A stretch of 64,000 nucleotides of DNA from Escherichia phage vB_EcoM_P54. Below, one piece after another: positions 28,932 through 46,310 of this stretch. Within the stretch, counting starts at the first letter, position 1, and each line of letters starts with the position of its first letter. A model generated the notes under the pieces. The model worked only from the letters and a program-made list of their open reading frames with translations. It did not search any database and was not told the origin of the DNA. The stretch lies in sequence record PV390658.1. One strand, written 5' to 3'. The translations under genes and the position numbers were made by a program.

Positions 28932-30119
28932 TTAAGCTGTTCTCTGCCATACATACAGTACGAAGGATGGCTGTTCAATGTTGAAAGCTTGTCCACCACC
29001 AACACTGTTCGTGTTTCCACTATGCGTATGCTCAGAAGAAGAAACTGTCACAGTACCATTGTGCGTATGTGAACCAATACCAACTGTGTGACTGTGAGCA
29101 CCAATACCCACCGTATGGTTGTGGTTACCAGTTGTATTAGTGGTAACGCTAAAAGAGTGGGTGTGTGCACCAGCGACTTCACAGACAACATCTGCTGAGT
29201 ACCATGATTGGTCATTCCTTGAAGACCAGACCATTGCAGGTCTTTCCGATAGACCACCACCCGATTCATAGGTCAATCTGTGGTTGTGAGCACCAGCAGC
29301 ACTTGTTGACCCACTACCAACGTGATTGTGGTTACCAGTTGTGTTAGTAGTCTTTGTTCCATAGTCAAAAGAGTTGGTAGTCTTAGTCCCATAATCAAAA
29401 GCTGAAATTGAAACAGTTGCATTATGAGTATGACCACCACCACTAAGAGATACAGAGTGTGAGTGTTGAGGCATGTTATTAACTGACAAAGTGACAGTTG
29501 AAGCACCAAATACAGAACCTGCTGGCCTTGTATCAGAGTCATAACCAACCAACGCCCTACCTTTTGAAACTAACTCCCAAGTACCTCCACAAATTAAGTA
29601 TGTAGAAGGGTTTGCAGAGTTCATAGAAAGATGGATAGTACCTACTGGATAAGAAGCCTGAACAGCCTTGTACAAGTTATTTACTGCTCTTGCTGTAGCA
29701 TACTTATCTGCATCTTCATTATAAAGGTTAGATGTTGTCCAGTTCTGAACATTACTTAAACCAACCTGTGCCTTAGTTGTATTGTGTGGGTTACTCTTGT
29801 CCTTGATATGTTGCTGGACAAGGTTATTAACCTCTTCTGAAGACATAATCTGTAGATTTGCTCTTGCCTCAGCTACATTAACAATATCTGATAAGTTATT
29901 TGCAGCAACTAACTGAAGAGCATTAATAACATTATCTAAACCAATTTGTGTTTTAGTAACACCATGAGGGTTATTTTTTAGGCTTGCGTGTGGAGCAAGT
30001 AATTGCTCAAGAGTACACCTCTTATCCTCAATACCCTGCTTAAGATGGAAGATATCACTAAGGTCAATTGGTAAGGCTGCTTGAGGCAAGGCACTAATTT
30101 GAATTTCACCTACTGCCAT
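28932..30119 (-). CDS. tail fiber / receptor-binding protein with HxH-rich C-terminus
   Basis: 395 aa; duplicated SAFDYGTKTTN/SFDYGTKTTN; repeated TTGNHNH ... [16 protein letters not shown]. Confidence 0.65.
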   Translation of the reverse strand: MAVGEIQISALPQAALPIDLSDIFHLKQGIEDKRCTLEQLLAPHASLKNNPHGVTKTQIGLDNVINALQLVAANNLSDIVNVAEARANLQIMSSEEVNNLVQQHIKDKSNPHNTTKAQVGLSNVQNWTTSNLYNEDADKYATARAVNNLYKAVQASYPVGTIHLSMNSANPSTYLICGGTWELVSKGRALVGYDSDTRPAGSVFGASTVTLSVNNMPQHSHSVSLSGGGHTHNATVSISAFDYGTKTTNSFDYGTKTTNTTGNHNHVGSGSTSAAGAHNHRLTYESGGGLSERPAMVWSSRNDQSWYSADVVCEVAGAHTHSFSVTTNTTGNHNHTVGIGAHSHTVGIGSHTHNGTVTVSSSEHTHSGNTNSVGGGQAFNIEQPSFVLYVWQRTA

Positions 30120-30121
30120 TA

Positions 30122-38137
<8,016 letters not shown>

Positions 38138-38138
<1 letters not shown>

Positions 38139-38377
38139 TACATTTTTCCTGCTCTTCTAAGTTCGTTGTAAGCAATTTCCTCTTTATACGACCTCTGAAT
38201 TTCAAGAAATTGTCTCAATGATAATAAATCAGAGAATGTCATAGCAAAGAGTTGGTCAAGTGTTTCTTTACACCCTTCCATACCATAAATAGCAAGCACA
38301 AATTTCATCTCGTCTGCTTCTTCATAGGTTGCCTCTACAGCAGCATCAGTCAGTGGTGTCTGTAGAGTGTTACCCAT
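38138..38377 (-). CDS. tail assembly chaperone, -1 frameshift extension ORF
   Basis: 79 aa ORF in the -1 frame relative to the upstream chaperone; reachable via the T_TTT_TTC slippery site at 38416-38422. Confidence 0.5.
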
Positions 38378-38379
38378 GT

Positions 38380-38778
38380 TTACTGAGAAGTTAGGCTTTT
38401 GAAAATGCTTGCTTCGAAAAAACTTCCGAAATTTGCCTCCAGCGCAAATGCTAAGTAATCAATAAATTCACCATAGTTTGCTTGGAAGTATGTATCAATA
38501 TTAAGTGGGAAGTCATCAACAGTTGCCCCTTGAAATAATAGGGTAGCCATTTCTTCAAGGTTAATTTCTTCAATTCTGTCAAAACAAGCTTCAACAAGTT
38601 CTTTAAATGGAACCATTGGAGCTTCTTTCTTATCTTTATCAGTCAGACTTGATAGCATCTGTGCAAAGGTTGGAACAACAATCTTACCCAACTTCATAGA
38701 CATCTTAATACCATCTCTTGCCCCAAGCAGAACGATATTTACTTTCTTACCATTAATTACTCTAGATTCTGTTTTCAT
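38380..38778 (-). CDS. tail assembly chaperone
   Basis: 132 aa; between tail tube and tape measure; contains in-frame slippery heptamer near its 3' end. Confidence 0.55.
   Translation of the reverse strand: MKTESRVINGKKVNIVLLGARDGIKMSMKLGKIVVPTFAQMLSSLTDKDKKEAPMVPFKELVEACFDRIEEINLEEMATLLFQGATVDDFPLNIDTYFQANYGEFIDYLAFALEANFGSFFEASIFKSLTSQ
38416..38422 (-). promoter_or_regulatory. -1 programmed ribosomal frameshift slippery heptamer U_UUU_UUC
   Basis: Minus strand reads ...GGA AGT TTT TTC GAA...; TTT and TTC are zero-frame codons of the chaperone ORF; the -1 frame is open from here into ORF 38377..38138. Confidence 0.55.
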
Positions 38779-38794
38779 TGTGATTCCTTAATAC

Positions 38795-38840
38795 TTTTAA
38801 AAGAAACAAAAAAGGGGAAGACCTTTTAAAGTCTCCCCCT
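38795..38840 (-). terminator. rho-independent terminator after the tail tube gene
   Basis: GGGGGAGAC / GTCTTCCCC imperfect hairpin followed by a T7 run on the minus strand. Confidence 0.5.
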
Positions 38841-38851
38841 TATAGGATTTA

Positions 38852-39298
38852 TTAAACACTTGACGCTGGAATTGTTGAAGTGTAGTCTAGCTTCTCACAA
38901 CCAAAAATCCAAGTTTTAGAGTTCTGGTCACGACCAAGTTCAATCTGTGGTAATTCCTGCAACCAAGCATTAATACCAGTTGCCAGAACAGAGCCTGATG
39001 GGTCGTAGATTACGAAGTTAGAAGAGATATCTTCTTCAAGTTCCATATTGTCTTGTTTAGCTTGAATTGCAGAAAGCATCTGGTTAGAGAGAGAAGTCTG
39101 CATTAGCTCAATCTCAATAGTACCTGTCTTGTCTGCATTTCTTGTCAGAGCAACTTGACCACCTGCACCAACAACTGGTGTGATAAGTGGTGATGTTCTC
39201 TGTAGACGTAAGAATGAATCTGGAGCAAAGCCTTCAATAGCAATGCCGTTCCAGCTACACACAACGTCTTTAGGGGAATATTGCTGATACATAGCCAT
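38852..39298 (-). CDS. tail tube protein
   Basis: 148 aa; immediately downstream of the sheath gene; terminator hairpin follows. Confidence 0.55.
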   Translation of the reverse strand: MAMYQQYSPKDVVCSWNGIAIEGFAPDSFLRLQRTSPLITPVVGAGGQVALTRNADKTGTIEIELMQTSLSNQMLSAIQAKQDNMELEEDISSNFVIYDPSGSVLATGINAWLQELPQIELGRDQNSKTWIFGCEKLDYTSTIPASSV

Positions 39299-39313
39299 TC
39301 CAATTTACCTCTA

Positions 39314-40666
39314 TTATTCGTAAGCCACTGTACCTTTCAAGTCAACATCCAAGATAGCCCCTGCTAAGATACCTGCGAAGGTAACATCTTTCAGGATACG
39401 AGCTTTCTTGTCTGCCAAAGCAACTTGAGAGGCTTTAGGAACATTAACTGTGTAAGATGACAGGAAGTTTCTGTTGACTGCTCTTTGTAGAGAGGTTTCA
39501 ATGACTTGACGAATACGGGTAATACCAGTATCATCATAAGTAATCTTACCACCCTTCTGGTTAATTAGCAAGTCTCTCAGAGAAGTTTTCAGGTCTGATT
39601 CCAACCAGTCAACGCCACGGATGATATCAATCCATTCCCCACCAGAAGTAATCCCTCTACGAACCACTGGAACACCACCATCAAGGTCAATAAAGTTACA
39701 GTGACGTGCATCTAAAGCTGACTTCTGAATACTTGTCAGAGGTCTCTTATTAGCTGGCTGTAGAGAAGCAGCTACACCAGTCAACTGAGCATTACCCCAA
39801 GCAATTGACCCTGCATCGTATGGAGCACCATAAGCAATGTATGCCATCTCTGGATAGTCTTCTGCTGCTGTGTGATGCCACAAGCAAACTGTGCGAGTAT
39901 ACATACTCTTAGCAAGCTGTGCTGGAACATCGTTTGCACTGTTTAATTCTGTACCTTGTAGTGCTGATACATCAGAGTTAGCAGTGAAGAAGATTTTCTT
40001 ACGAGCCTGAATCTCAGAAGCCATTGCTAGGACAAACTGTTGAGTTCTGTCTTCTGCTGCAATGAAATACCAGTCAGTAGAATAAGCTTCAATGGCTGCC
40101 AGAGCAGTTGATGCTGTATCGGCAGTTGTGCTTGCAATAGATACAGTCTGTGCTGTAGTTGTTACTTTCACAAAGTCATTATCACCAGCTTTGGTAATAA
40201 TCATTGTGGCAGAACCATTGCTACCAGTTACGTTCACAGAAACCTTATCTTTGATTGTTGGGTCAGCTTCAATCTGTGTTTTAAACTGTTGCAACACTAC
40301 TTCAGCAGTGTCTGAGTCTTGCGCTGTATACTGGTATGGTTGAGAAATTCCACCGCCAGCAGCTACAGTAATCGAGTAGTCTGTACTTTCGGTAACGGCA
40401 TCAGGAATTGATACAGTGTACTGCATAGCACGTCTACCAATATAAAGCTGAGTTACTTTAGGAGTCTGACTCCAAAGTTGTTTAGCAGCCTTATATGCAG
40501 CAGTATTCTCATCGAAATCTTCAGCAACTTCAGTTAAGGAAGTGTAGCCACGTACTCTTTCTTCAAAGTTATCTGTTGAAGCTAAGAATAGTGGTAAACC
40601 AAAACCTTCTCTTGTAGTTCCTGCGGTGTTCAATGTAATATCTACATTAACAATTGGATTCCACAT
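39314..40666 (-). CDS. contractile tail sheath protein
   Basis: 450 aa; size and position upstream of tube. Confidence 0.6.
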   Translation of the reverse strand: MWNPIVNVDITLNTAGTTREGFGLPLFLASTDNFEERVRGYTSLTEVAEDFDENTAAYKAAKQLWSQTPKVTQLYIGRRAMQYTVSIPDAVTESTDYSITVAAGGGISQPYQYTAQDSDTAEVVLQQFKTQIEADPTIKDKVSVNVTGSNGSATMIITKAGDNDFVKVTTTAQTVSIASTTADTASTALAAIEAYSTDWYFIAAEDRTQQFVLAMASEIQARKKIFFTANSDVSALQGTELNSANDVPAQLAKSMYTRTVCLWHHTAAEDYPEMAYIAYGAPYDAGSIAWGNAQLTGVAASLQPANKRPLTSIQKSALDARHCNFIDLDGGVPVVRRGITSGGEWIDIIRGVDWLESDLKTSLRDLLINQKGGKITYDDTGITRIRQVIETSLQRAVNRNFLSSYTVNVPKASQVALADKKARILKDVTFAGILAGAILDVDLKGTVAYE

Positions 40667-41266
40667 TTATTTTACCCCTTTGGAGTCTACATCTAGATGG
40701 ATAATATATTCTGGTGGCTCTTGTCCTTCTTCATAAACTAACTCACCATCAACAATGACACGCTCGATAATACTTCCACGTTCATCTTTCAGGACTGAGT
40801 TTTTTACAAGAGTTACAACAAGAGGTGCAGAATTTTCGAAATCTGTATTGAGATAAGTGTAATCATTAGGGATTGCTCCAGTGTCTAATACTGTAGCTCC
40901 TGTTTCTTCAAGGATTAAATCTCTGACTGAACTCATCTCTAATCGTTGTTTAAGCTCAAGCATAATACTGTGAGCACCTTTACCATTCACCGTAATTAAT
41001 ACTGGAATCTGAAAAGCAATTCTGTAGCAAACTACATCATCCTCAACAAACTTATCAAGAACCCAACCATAAGGTGTTGCAGCATCTTGACAATATACGG
41101 TAATAAATGGCTGGTCAGGTTTTAAACCTTTGTCATTTGAGTTATCAGAAGGGTAAGCTCTAATTACGTTTGGTCTATTATTCTTATCACGAGCTAGTCT
41201 GTGACCAATAACATCCACTAAGGTTCTAACTAGACCTTTTTCAAGTTCTGCTGTTTCTAACTGCAT
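40667..41266 (-). CDS. head-tail joining / tail completion protein (199 aa)
   Basis: Position between capsid and sheath genes. Confidence 0.4.
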   Translation of the reverse strand: MQLETAELEKGLVRTLVDVIGHRLARDKNNRPNVIRAYPSDNSNDKGLKPDQPFITVYCQDAATPYGWVLDKFVEDDVVCYRIAFQIPVLITVNGKGAHSIMLELKQRLEMSSVRDLILEETGATVLDTGAIPNDYTYLNTDFENSAPLVVTLVKNSVLKDERGSIIERVIVDGELVYEEGQEPPEYIIHLDVDSKGVK

Positions 41267-41642
41267 TCATTTTATCCCTTCTAATAATGATATATTCATA
41301 ATGGGACGTATGGGCTAATTGCTGTGACCAATCCATAGTCATAAATACTTCATACTCATGACCATCAATCATAACAATGTCAGACTCATTCCACTCTACA
41401 TCATCTGAAGTTCTAAGTTTATATGTGGTATACAGGATTCTTGTATCGGTAAGCCTAATACCTTCCGGTAAAGCAATCTGTGTACCGTTCTTTACAGAAC
41501 CTTTGATATATGGCTGGATATTACCTTTACATTTGACCTCTACAATATCTTGTGAAGCTACCCAATCACCATCATCATTATAATAACCATCTTCAGAGAC
41601 TTTACGCTTTACTACAAAGCTGTGTCTGTTTAAGAGCCTCAT
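41241..41642 (-). CDS. head-tail connector protein (133 aa)
   Basis: Position. Confidence 0.4.
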   Translation of the reverse strand: MRLLNRHSFVVKRKVSEDGYYNDDGDWVASQDIVEVKCKGNIQPYIKGSVKNGTQIALPEGIRLTDTRILYTTYKLRTSDDVEWNESDIVMIDGHEYEVFMTMDWSQQLAHTSHYEYIIIRRDKMNAVRNSRT

Positions 41643-42121
41643 TTTTTAATACCCTTCTTAGTAGAAATTTTATAAGCAAGGTTCTCCCTTAAGTCACCTG
41701 TCTCAACAAGAGGTGCGTTAAAGCCTTTTTTCTTGACTGTGGAAGGTGCGTTAGGAGGGAGGATAGCAGAATTACCAAAACCTCTTTTAATTGCCTTTTG
41801 AGCATTCTTTGCAAATGCTTCTAAGGTATTTGAAGGGTCTGTGTTGAGACTGCTAAGTTGCTTATATAGATTCTTCTTAGTCTGCTCTAACAAGGTCTGT
41901 TTGTTTAGCATCATAGTGATTTCAAACAACCTACGATATACTTTACCAGAAGCTGAAGGAACCCCAATAACTTCTTGTAAATACATTAAAGCAGGATAAG
42001 AAAAACCAGAGCTATGTTGACCTTGTTCTTGAAAATACCCAACTTGAGCATTAGCCGTTTGCAAGTTCTTCATAGCCCCGACTAATTTTGCTCTAGCGGG
42101 GTGAATAACCCTTTTAACCAT
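41639..42121 (-). CDS. head-tail connector protein (160 aa)
   Basis: Position. Confidence 0.4.
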   Translation of the reverse strand: MVKRVIHPARAKLVGAMKNLQTANAQVGYFQEQGQHSSGFSYPALMYLQEVIGVPSASGKVYRRLFEITMMLNKQTLLEQTKKNLYKQLSSLNTDPSNTLEAFAKNAQKAIKRGFGNSAILPPNAPSTVKKKGFNAPLVETGDLRENLAYKISTKKGIKK

Positions 42122-42570
42122 TATTCATCTCGCTCGATAATAAATACGCCATTAACACGGTTGCAGTAATCTCTACCTTCGTATCTGGCAGCATCACCAT
42201 ATTCTGTGTATTTCTTGACAGAGCAAGGATTCTGACGACGCATGTCAATATCGCACTGATTAATACCACCTGCATAGGGCAGTCCTGAAACAGAGCTTTT
42301 AACAAGGTCATCATAAACAGCTTTCAGAGATTTGAATCTGGAAGAGTTACGTAAATAAACACCACCAACCTTCTCATCTCCCATCTTGGCTACTTGAAAG
42401 AGTAAATATTTAAGAGCTTTGATGGCTGCTTTCTTTTCATCCTTTCCAGATTCTAGATAGAACCACTCTAGCACAGACTGCTCAATAAGAATTTCATCAT
42501 TATTGGTGTCTGTGCAGAGGATTCTTACTCTATCAAGAGGGTTATTGGCTGGGTCGCCTGTATAACACAT
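42121..42570 (-). CDS. head completion/connector protein (149 aa)
   Basis: Position directly after the capsid gene. Confidence 0.4.
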   Translation of the reverse strand: MCYTGDPANNPLDRVRILCTDTNNDEILIEQSVLEWFYLESGKDEKKAAIKALKYLLFQVAKMGDEKVGGVYLRNSSRFKSLKAVYDDLVKSSVSGLPYAGGINQCDIDMRRQNPCSVKKYTEYGDAARYEGRDYCNRVNGVFIIERDE

Positions 42571-42590
42571 TCATAACCCTCCTAAGTTTA

Positions 42591-43697
42591 TCAGCCACCT
42601 TTGGCGTCAGCGCGAACATCTACCAGCAACTGAGGACGAGTACAGTATGGCAGCATGTAAGAGTGAGCTTCGAAGTCAATACCTTCGTCACGGTCTTTTT
42701 CGTATTCGAATACGTACAGTTCCTGACCAAGTGTATTTGCATAACCCATCTTAGGACATGGACCATATGCCACTTCGAAGATGTTGTTTGCTTCACCCAG
42801 CATAGAGACGTTAGGGAAGGCATGACCAACACCAACAGTGTCTGCTACGCTGTCAATGCTCACCAGAGTGTGAACCTTACCACGCTTGTCTTTGAACTTA
42901 CCATTGTACTGGACAAACTTAACACCACCGTAGTAGAAGGTGTTCATATGAGCCTGAACGCCGTCAGTGCCACCAGTTCTCAGAGAACCAGTAATCTGTT
43001 GCCAAGCCAGTGGAGTCTGCTGTGCAAGATAAGCGTCACGAATCTTAGGATGTTTAACCAGCTTGCTGAAGAATACACGGTCAACAACTACGTGAATTTC
43101 TTCACCGTTGATTACAGTGCCGGTCTTAGCTTCGTCTTCCATGTGCATACGCAGTTCTTCAATAGAAGCGTCGATGTCAGCATTAGGGTTGTCAAGGTCG
43201 AAGTAAATAGTCTTCTTCTCAACGTCGAACTGCTTGTACAGGTCAGCGTACAGAGTACCACGAGCATCAACAACTTTACCCTTCAGAGCTTGCATAAACA
43301 GGAACTCACGAGTAATATCGAACTTGGTACGAATCTTCATCAGCTTCTTAGCACGTACTACAGCTTCAGTAGTAAGCTCGTTTGCAGTGCCTGGCTGACG
43401 TACACCCTGAATTTCATCAGGAGTGATGCTTTCAACTTCTTTGAAGTACATCATTGGGAAGCTGATTTGACGAACACGCTCAGGTGCGCTAGTCTCTGCC
43501 TTACGGCTATCACGGTCTACCGCATCAAGCAAGCTAACATCCCAATCAGTCAAGTCCATAAGGAAAGTAGTTTGGGTGATTGGTGCTGAACGGAACAGAC
43601 CTAAGTTGGAAATATACCCATAAGTATTTGGGATAGACTGGACTTCACCAGTCAGGTCAGCAAGGAAAAATCTGCTTTTTTCAGAGTTAGTCAACAT
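42591..43697 (-). CDS. major capsid protein
   Basis: 368 aa; gene order decoration-capsid after the protease as in lambda-type head modules; strong codon usage. Confidence 0.6.
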   Translation of the reverse strand: MLTNSEKSRFFLADLTGEVQSIPNTYGYISNLGLFRSAPITQTTFLMDLTDWDVSLLDAVDRDSRKAETSAPERVRQISFPMMYFKEVESITPDEIQGVRQPGTANELTTEAVVRAKKLMKIRTKFDITREFLFMQALKGKVVDARGTLYADLYKQFDVEKKTIYFDLDNPNADIDASIEELRMHMEDEAKTGTVINGEEIHVVVDRVFFSKLVKHPKIRDAYLAQQTPLAWQQITGSLRTGGTDGVQAHMNTFYYGGVKFVQYNGKFKDKRGKVHTLVSIDSVADTVGVGHAFPNVSMLGEANNIFEVAYGPCPKMGYANTLGQELYVFEYEKDRDEGIDFEAHSYMLPYCTRPQLLVDVRADAKGG

Positions 43698-43730
43698 TGT
43701 AAAATTCTCCAGAATGTCTTATTATTGTTA

Positions 43731-44108
43731 TTACAGGCCAGTTGGTACGAAATCAATACCTTTAGCAGCCAGAGCCTTCTTGACTTCATCAGCATTAACG
43801 CTTGATTCAAGAGTAAGCATGTCTTTCAGTTCTGCATCGCGGTAAATACCAACAACTTTCAACTGACCGTGATAAGACAGTTGTGAGTCTGCATAAAAGT
43901 TAACGATACATACAGAGTCAGCCTGAGCTTCTTGCCCTGCTGTAACCTTAGTACCATCTGCTTTCAGAACTTCACCTACACGGTATTCTGTTGAAGCAAC
44001 TGGAGTGTACTCTTTACGAGAGTGGCCTGTTGGGGTAACCTGTTCCCAAAGAATGATATCATTCAGAGGTTCTCTTTTACCTAACTTAGTAAAACCTTGA
44101 TATGCCAT
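43731..44108 (-). CDS. head decoration protein (lambda gpD-like)
   Basis: 125 aa; located between protease and capsid genes. Confidence 0.45.
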   Translation of the reverse strand: MAYQGFTKLGKREPLNDIILWEQVTPTGHSRKEYTPVASTEYRVGEVLKADGTKVTAGQEAQADSVCIVNFYADSQLSYHGQLKVVGIYRDAELKDMLTLESSVNADEVKKALAAKGIDFVPTGL

Positions 44109-44119
44109 TATTGTGTTCC

Positions 44120-45466
44120 TTATTTGATAAGAGATTTTAGAGCATTCTGGAGAGCCAGTTTGCGTTGTTCAGCGGTGTCTTCGGAAGCATTCTTAGCTGG
44201 TTCTTTTTCTTCTTCAACTAAATCAGCTTCGCCGTCATTACCCACTTCTTCCATAGCGTTGGAATGTTCAAGAACAGCACCAGCAGTTTCTTTCAGCTTG
44301 GTAATTTCTGATTCTTTTTCTTCCATTGCAGAAGCATGGGACGCGATAGTTTCATTAAGTTTCTGGTTAGCACCTTCCATAGCATTCATAAACAGAACAC
44401 TCAGAGGGTTATCAAGACCAGCACCTAAAATAGTCGTTGCAGCTTCTTTTGCATCAAATCCAAAAGCTTCAGCAGAAGCAGAAATCTTATTAGTCAAATC
44501 TGACAAAGCAGCTTCCTGTTCTTTAGCTTTCATTTGAGCAACCTGAAGACGCAAAGCTTCTAGTTCTTGCTTTTCTTGTTCAGTCATTTCTTCACCTGAA
44601 TTGTTAACGTTTAAACTTACAGGAGCCTCTTCAGAACCTTGTAAGTAATTTAAGAAATCATCTTGAGACATGATTGAGTTAATTAAACCAAGTTCAAGAG
44701 CTTCCTGAGCAGAATAAACATTCGCCTCAGTATTCTTTACAGCTTCTTCAGAGAGATTACGAGATTCAGCTACAAAACCTGTAAAGGTTGCGTAGGTATC
44801 ATTAATTCTCTTTTGAAGTCTTTCTTTGCTTTCTTCTGAAAGTGCTTGGAATGGTGAACCCATACCTTTAAACTCACCAGCTTTGATGACGTTAATTGTT
44901 ACGCCATTCTTTTCAAATGCCTTAGTTAATTCCTGATGAACCATGATTACACCGATAGAACCAACATCTGCATCTGGTGATGCAATAATTTCTTCAGCAG
45001 AAGATGCAAGAGCATATGCAGCGGAACAAGCGAACTCATCTACATAAGCAATAATTTTCTTTTGGCCTCTTGAAGCCATAATGTGACGTGCTAATTCAAA
45101 GCAACCTGAAGCTTCACCACCACCAGAATCAATATGCAGAACAATAGTCTTAATTGACTCATCTGCTAAAGCTTCGTCAAAGCCTCTACGTAAACCTTCA
45201 TAAGAGCTTAGACCACCTGTACACATTGCATCAATGAATGTCATACGATGAGTTAAACCACCCATAATAGGAATAATAGCAATATCATCTTTTACTTTTA
45301 AAAGACTTCTTGCTTCACCTTTGGGTTTATCAAAGTTTACTGCTGCTTGGACATCACCCAGCAATCTGTTATTCACATAAGTTGCTGCTGAGTGAGCTAA
45401 TGATTCAGTGGCTAGTAAAGGTTGGTTGAATAATCTATCAGCAAGTCTGAAGATATTCGAACTCAT
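44120..45466 (-). CDS. prohead protease (S49/ClpP-fold) fused to scaffold-like C-terminal domain
   Basis: N-terminal half has S49-like core (IVLHIDSGGGEASG ... FACSAAYALASSA); C-terminal half is a long helical E/K/A-rich region. Confidence 0.7.
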   Translation of the reverse strand: MSSNIFRLADRLFNQPLLATESLAHSAATYVNNRLLGDVQAAVNFDKPKGEARSLLKVKDDIAIIPIMGGLTHRMTFIDAMCTGGLSSYEGLRRGFDEALADESIKTIVLHIDSGGGEASGCFELARHIMASRGQKKIIAYVDEFACSAAYALASSAEEIIASPDADVGSIGVIMVHQELTKAFEKNGVTINVIKAGEFKGMGSPFQALSEESKERLQKRINDTYATFTGFVAESRNLSEEAVKNTEANVYSAQEALELGLINSIMSQDDFLNYLQGSEEAPVSLNVNNSGEEMTEQEKQELEALRLQVAQMKAKEQEAALSDLTNKISASAEAFGFDAKEAATTILGAGLDNPLSVLFMNAMEGANQKLNETIASHASAMEEKESEITKLKETAGAVLEHSNAMEEVGNDGEADLVEEEKEPAKNASEDTAEQRKLALQNALKSLIK

Positions 45467-45477
45467 TTTTACTCACC

Positions 45478-45810
45478 CTATTTGTTTAAATCTACAGAGA
45501 CTGAAGAGATAACATAGATACCTTCTTCAGCAAAGAATTGAGGTTTGCTAAGAGCACCAGTTGCCACGCATTTATCGTTAGCATCCCACAAGCTATAGTG
45601 TGAGACCGTTGCAGAAGCTGGGACAGTAATGTTAACTGTGTCTTCTGAGGCAATTAAGCCATTATCCGGTTCAGAAAAATAAATAGCCACTGGCTGAGTA
45701 ACCTTATTTGCTGTAGGGTCTGCCGTTGGGTCTACATTGTGTAAAATAATAGTCGTTGGGGTTAGCGTGGCGAGGATTTTATTCTTACCATCAATAGTTA
45801 ATGTTCCCAT
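45478..45810 (-). CDS. hypothetical head-module protein (110 aa)
   Basis: ORF track. Confidence 0.4.
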   Translation of the reverse strand: MGTLTIDGKNKILATLTPTTIILHNVDPTADPTANKVTQPVAIYFSEPDNGLIASEDTVNITVPASATVSHYSLWDANDKCVATGALSKPQFFAEEGIYVISSVSVDLNK

Positions 45811-46310
45811 TAATTAAACCTTACTTTTTGTTTAAGGACTGTTGAATGGTTACCAGATTCATCTACCACATTTACAATCATATCATATACTTTACCTTTG
45901 ACAAGTACTTTGTAATCATTTTGTGAAAAAATGTATTCAAGTCTGTTTGTTTCTTTGTTAACTGTCATTGGGGATTGAAATGCAGTATCGAGGGTAATGA
46001 AAGCGGCTTCAATGCTATTAACATTGATACGTTTATTCTCGCAGTTATATAACTTTACACCCAAAAGGCATGAACTGTCAAATGGAATTTTAACAATTTC
46101 ACTACAATTTCCTGAAATAAACGGTTTTCCACTCATTGGTGCATCAAGTAACCTGCAAATAGTGAAAACGTCAGAGACTCCACCATCACTGACATAACCT
46201 GAAAGGCTGACCCTTGAGCCAGCCTCTACAGATAGTTTATCAGTAATGATAAGGACACCCCTATACGAATGCACTCGTGTAGCATTTGAAATAGAGATAA
46301 CTTCAGCCAT
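45810..46310 (-). CDS. hypothetical head-module protein (166 aa)
   Basis: ORF track. Confidence 0.4.
   Translation of the reverse strand: MAEVISISNATRVHSYRGVLIITDKLSVEAGSRVSLSGYVSDGGVSDVFTICRLLDAPMSGKPFISGNCSEIVKIPFDSSCLLGVKLYNCENKRINVNSIEAAFITLDTAFQSPMTVNKETNRLEYIFSQNDYKVLVKGKVYDMIVNVVDESGNHSTVLKQKVRFN

Noticed and set aside
42663-43589. 308 aa plus-strand ORF antisense to the major capsid gene
   Set aside because: Low-complexity, stop-free antisense frame of a highly expressed gene; the minus-strand gene fits the morphogenesis operon.
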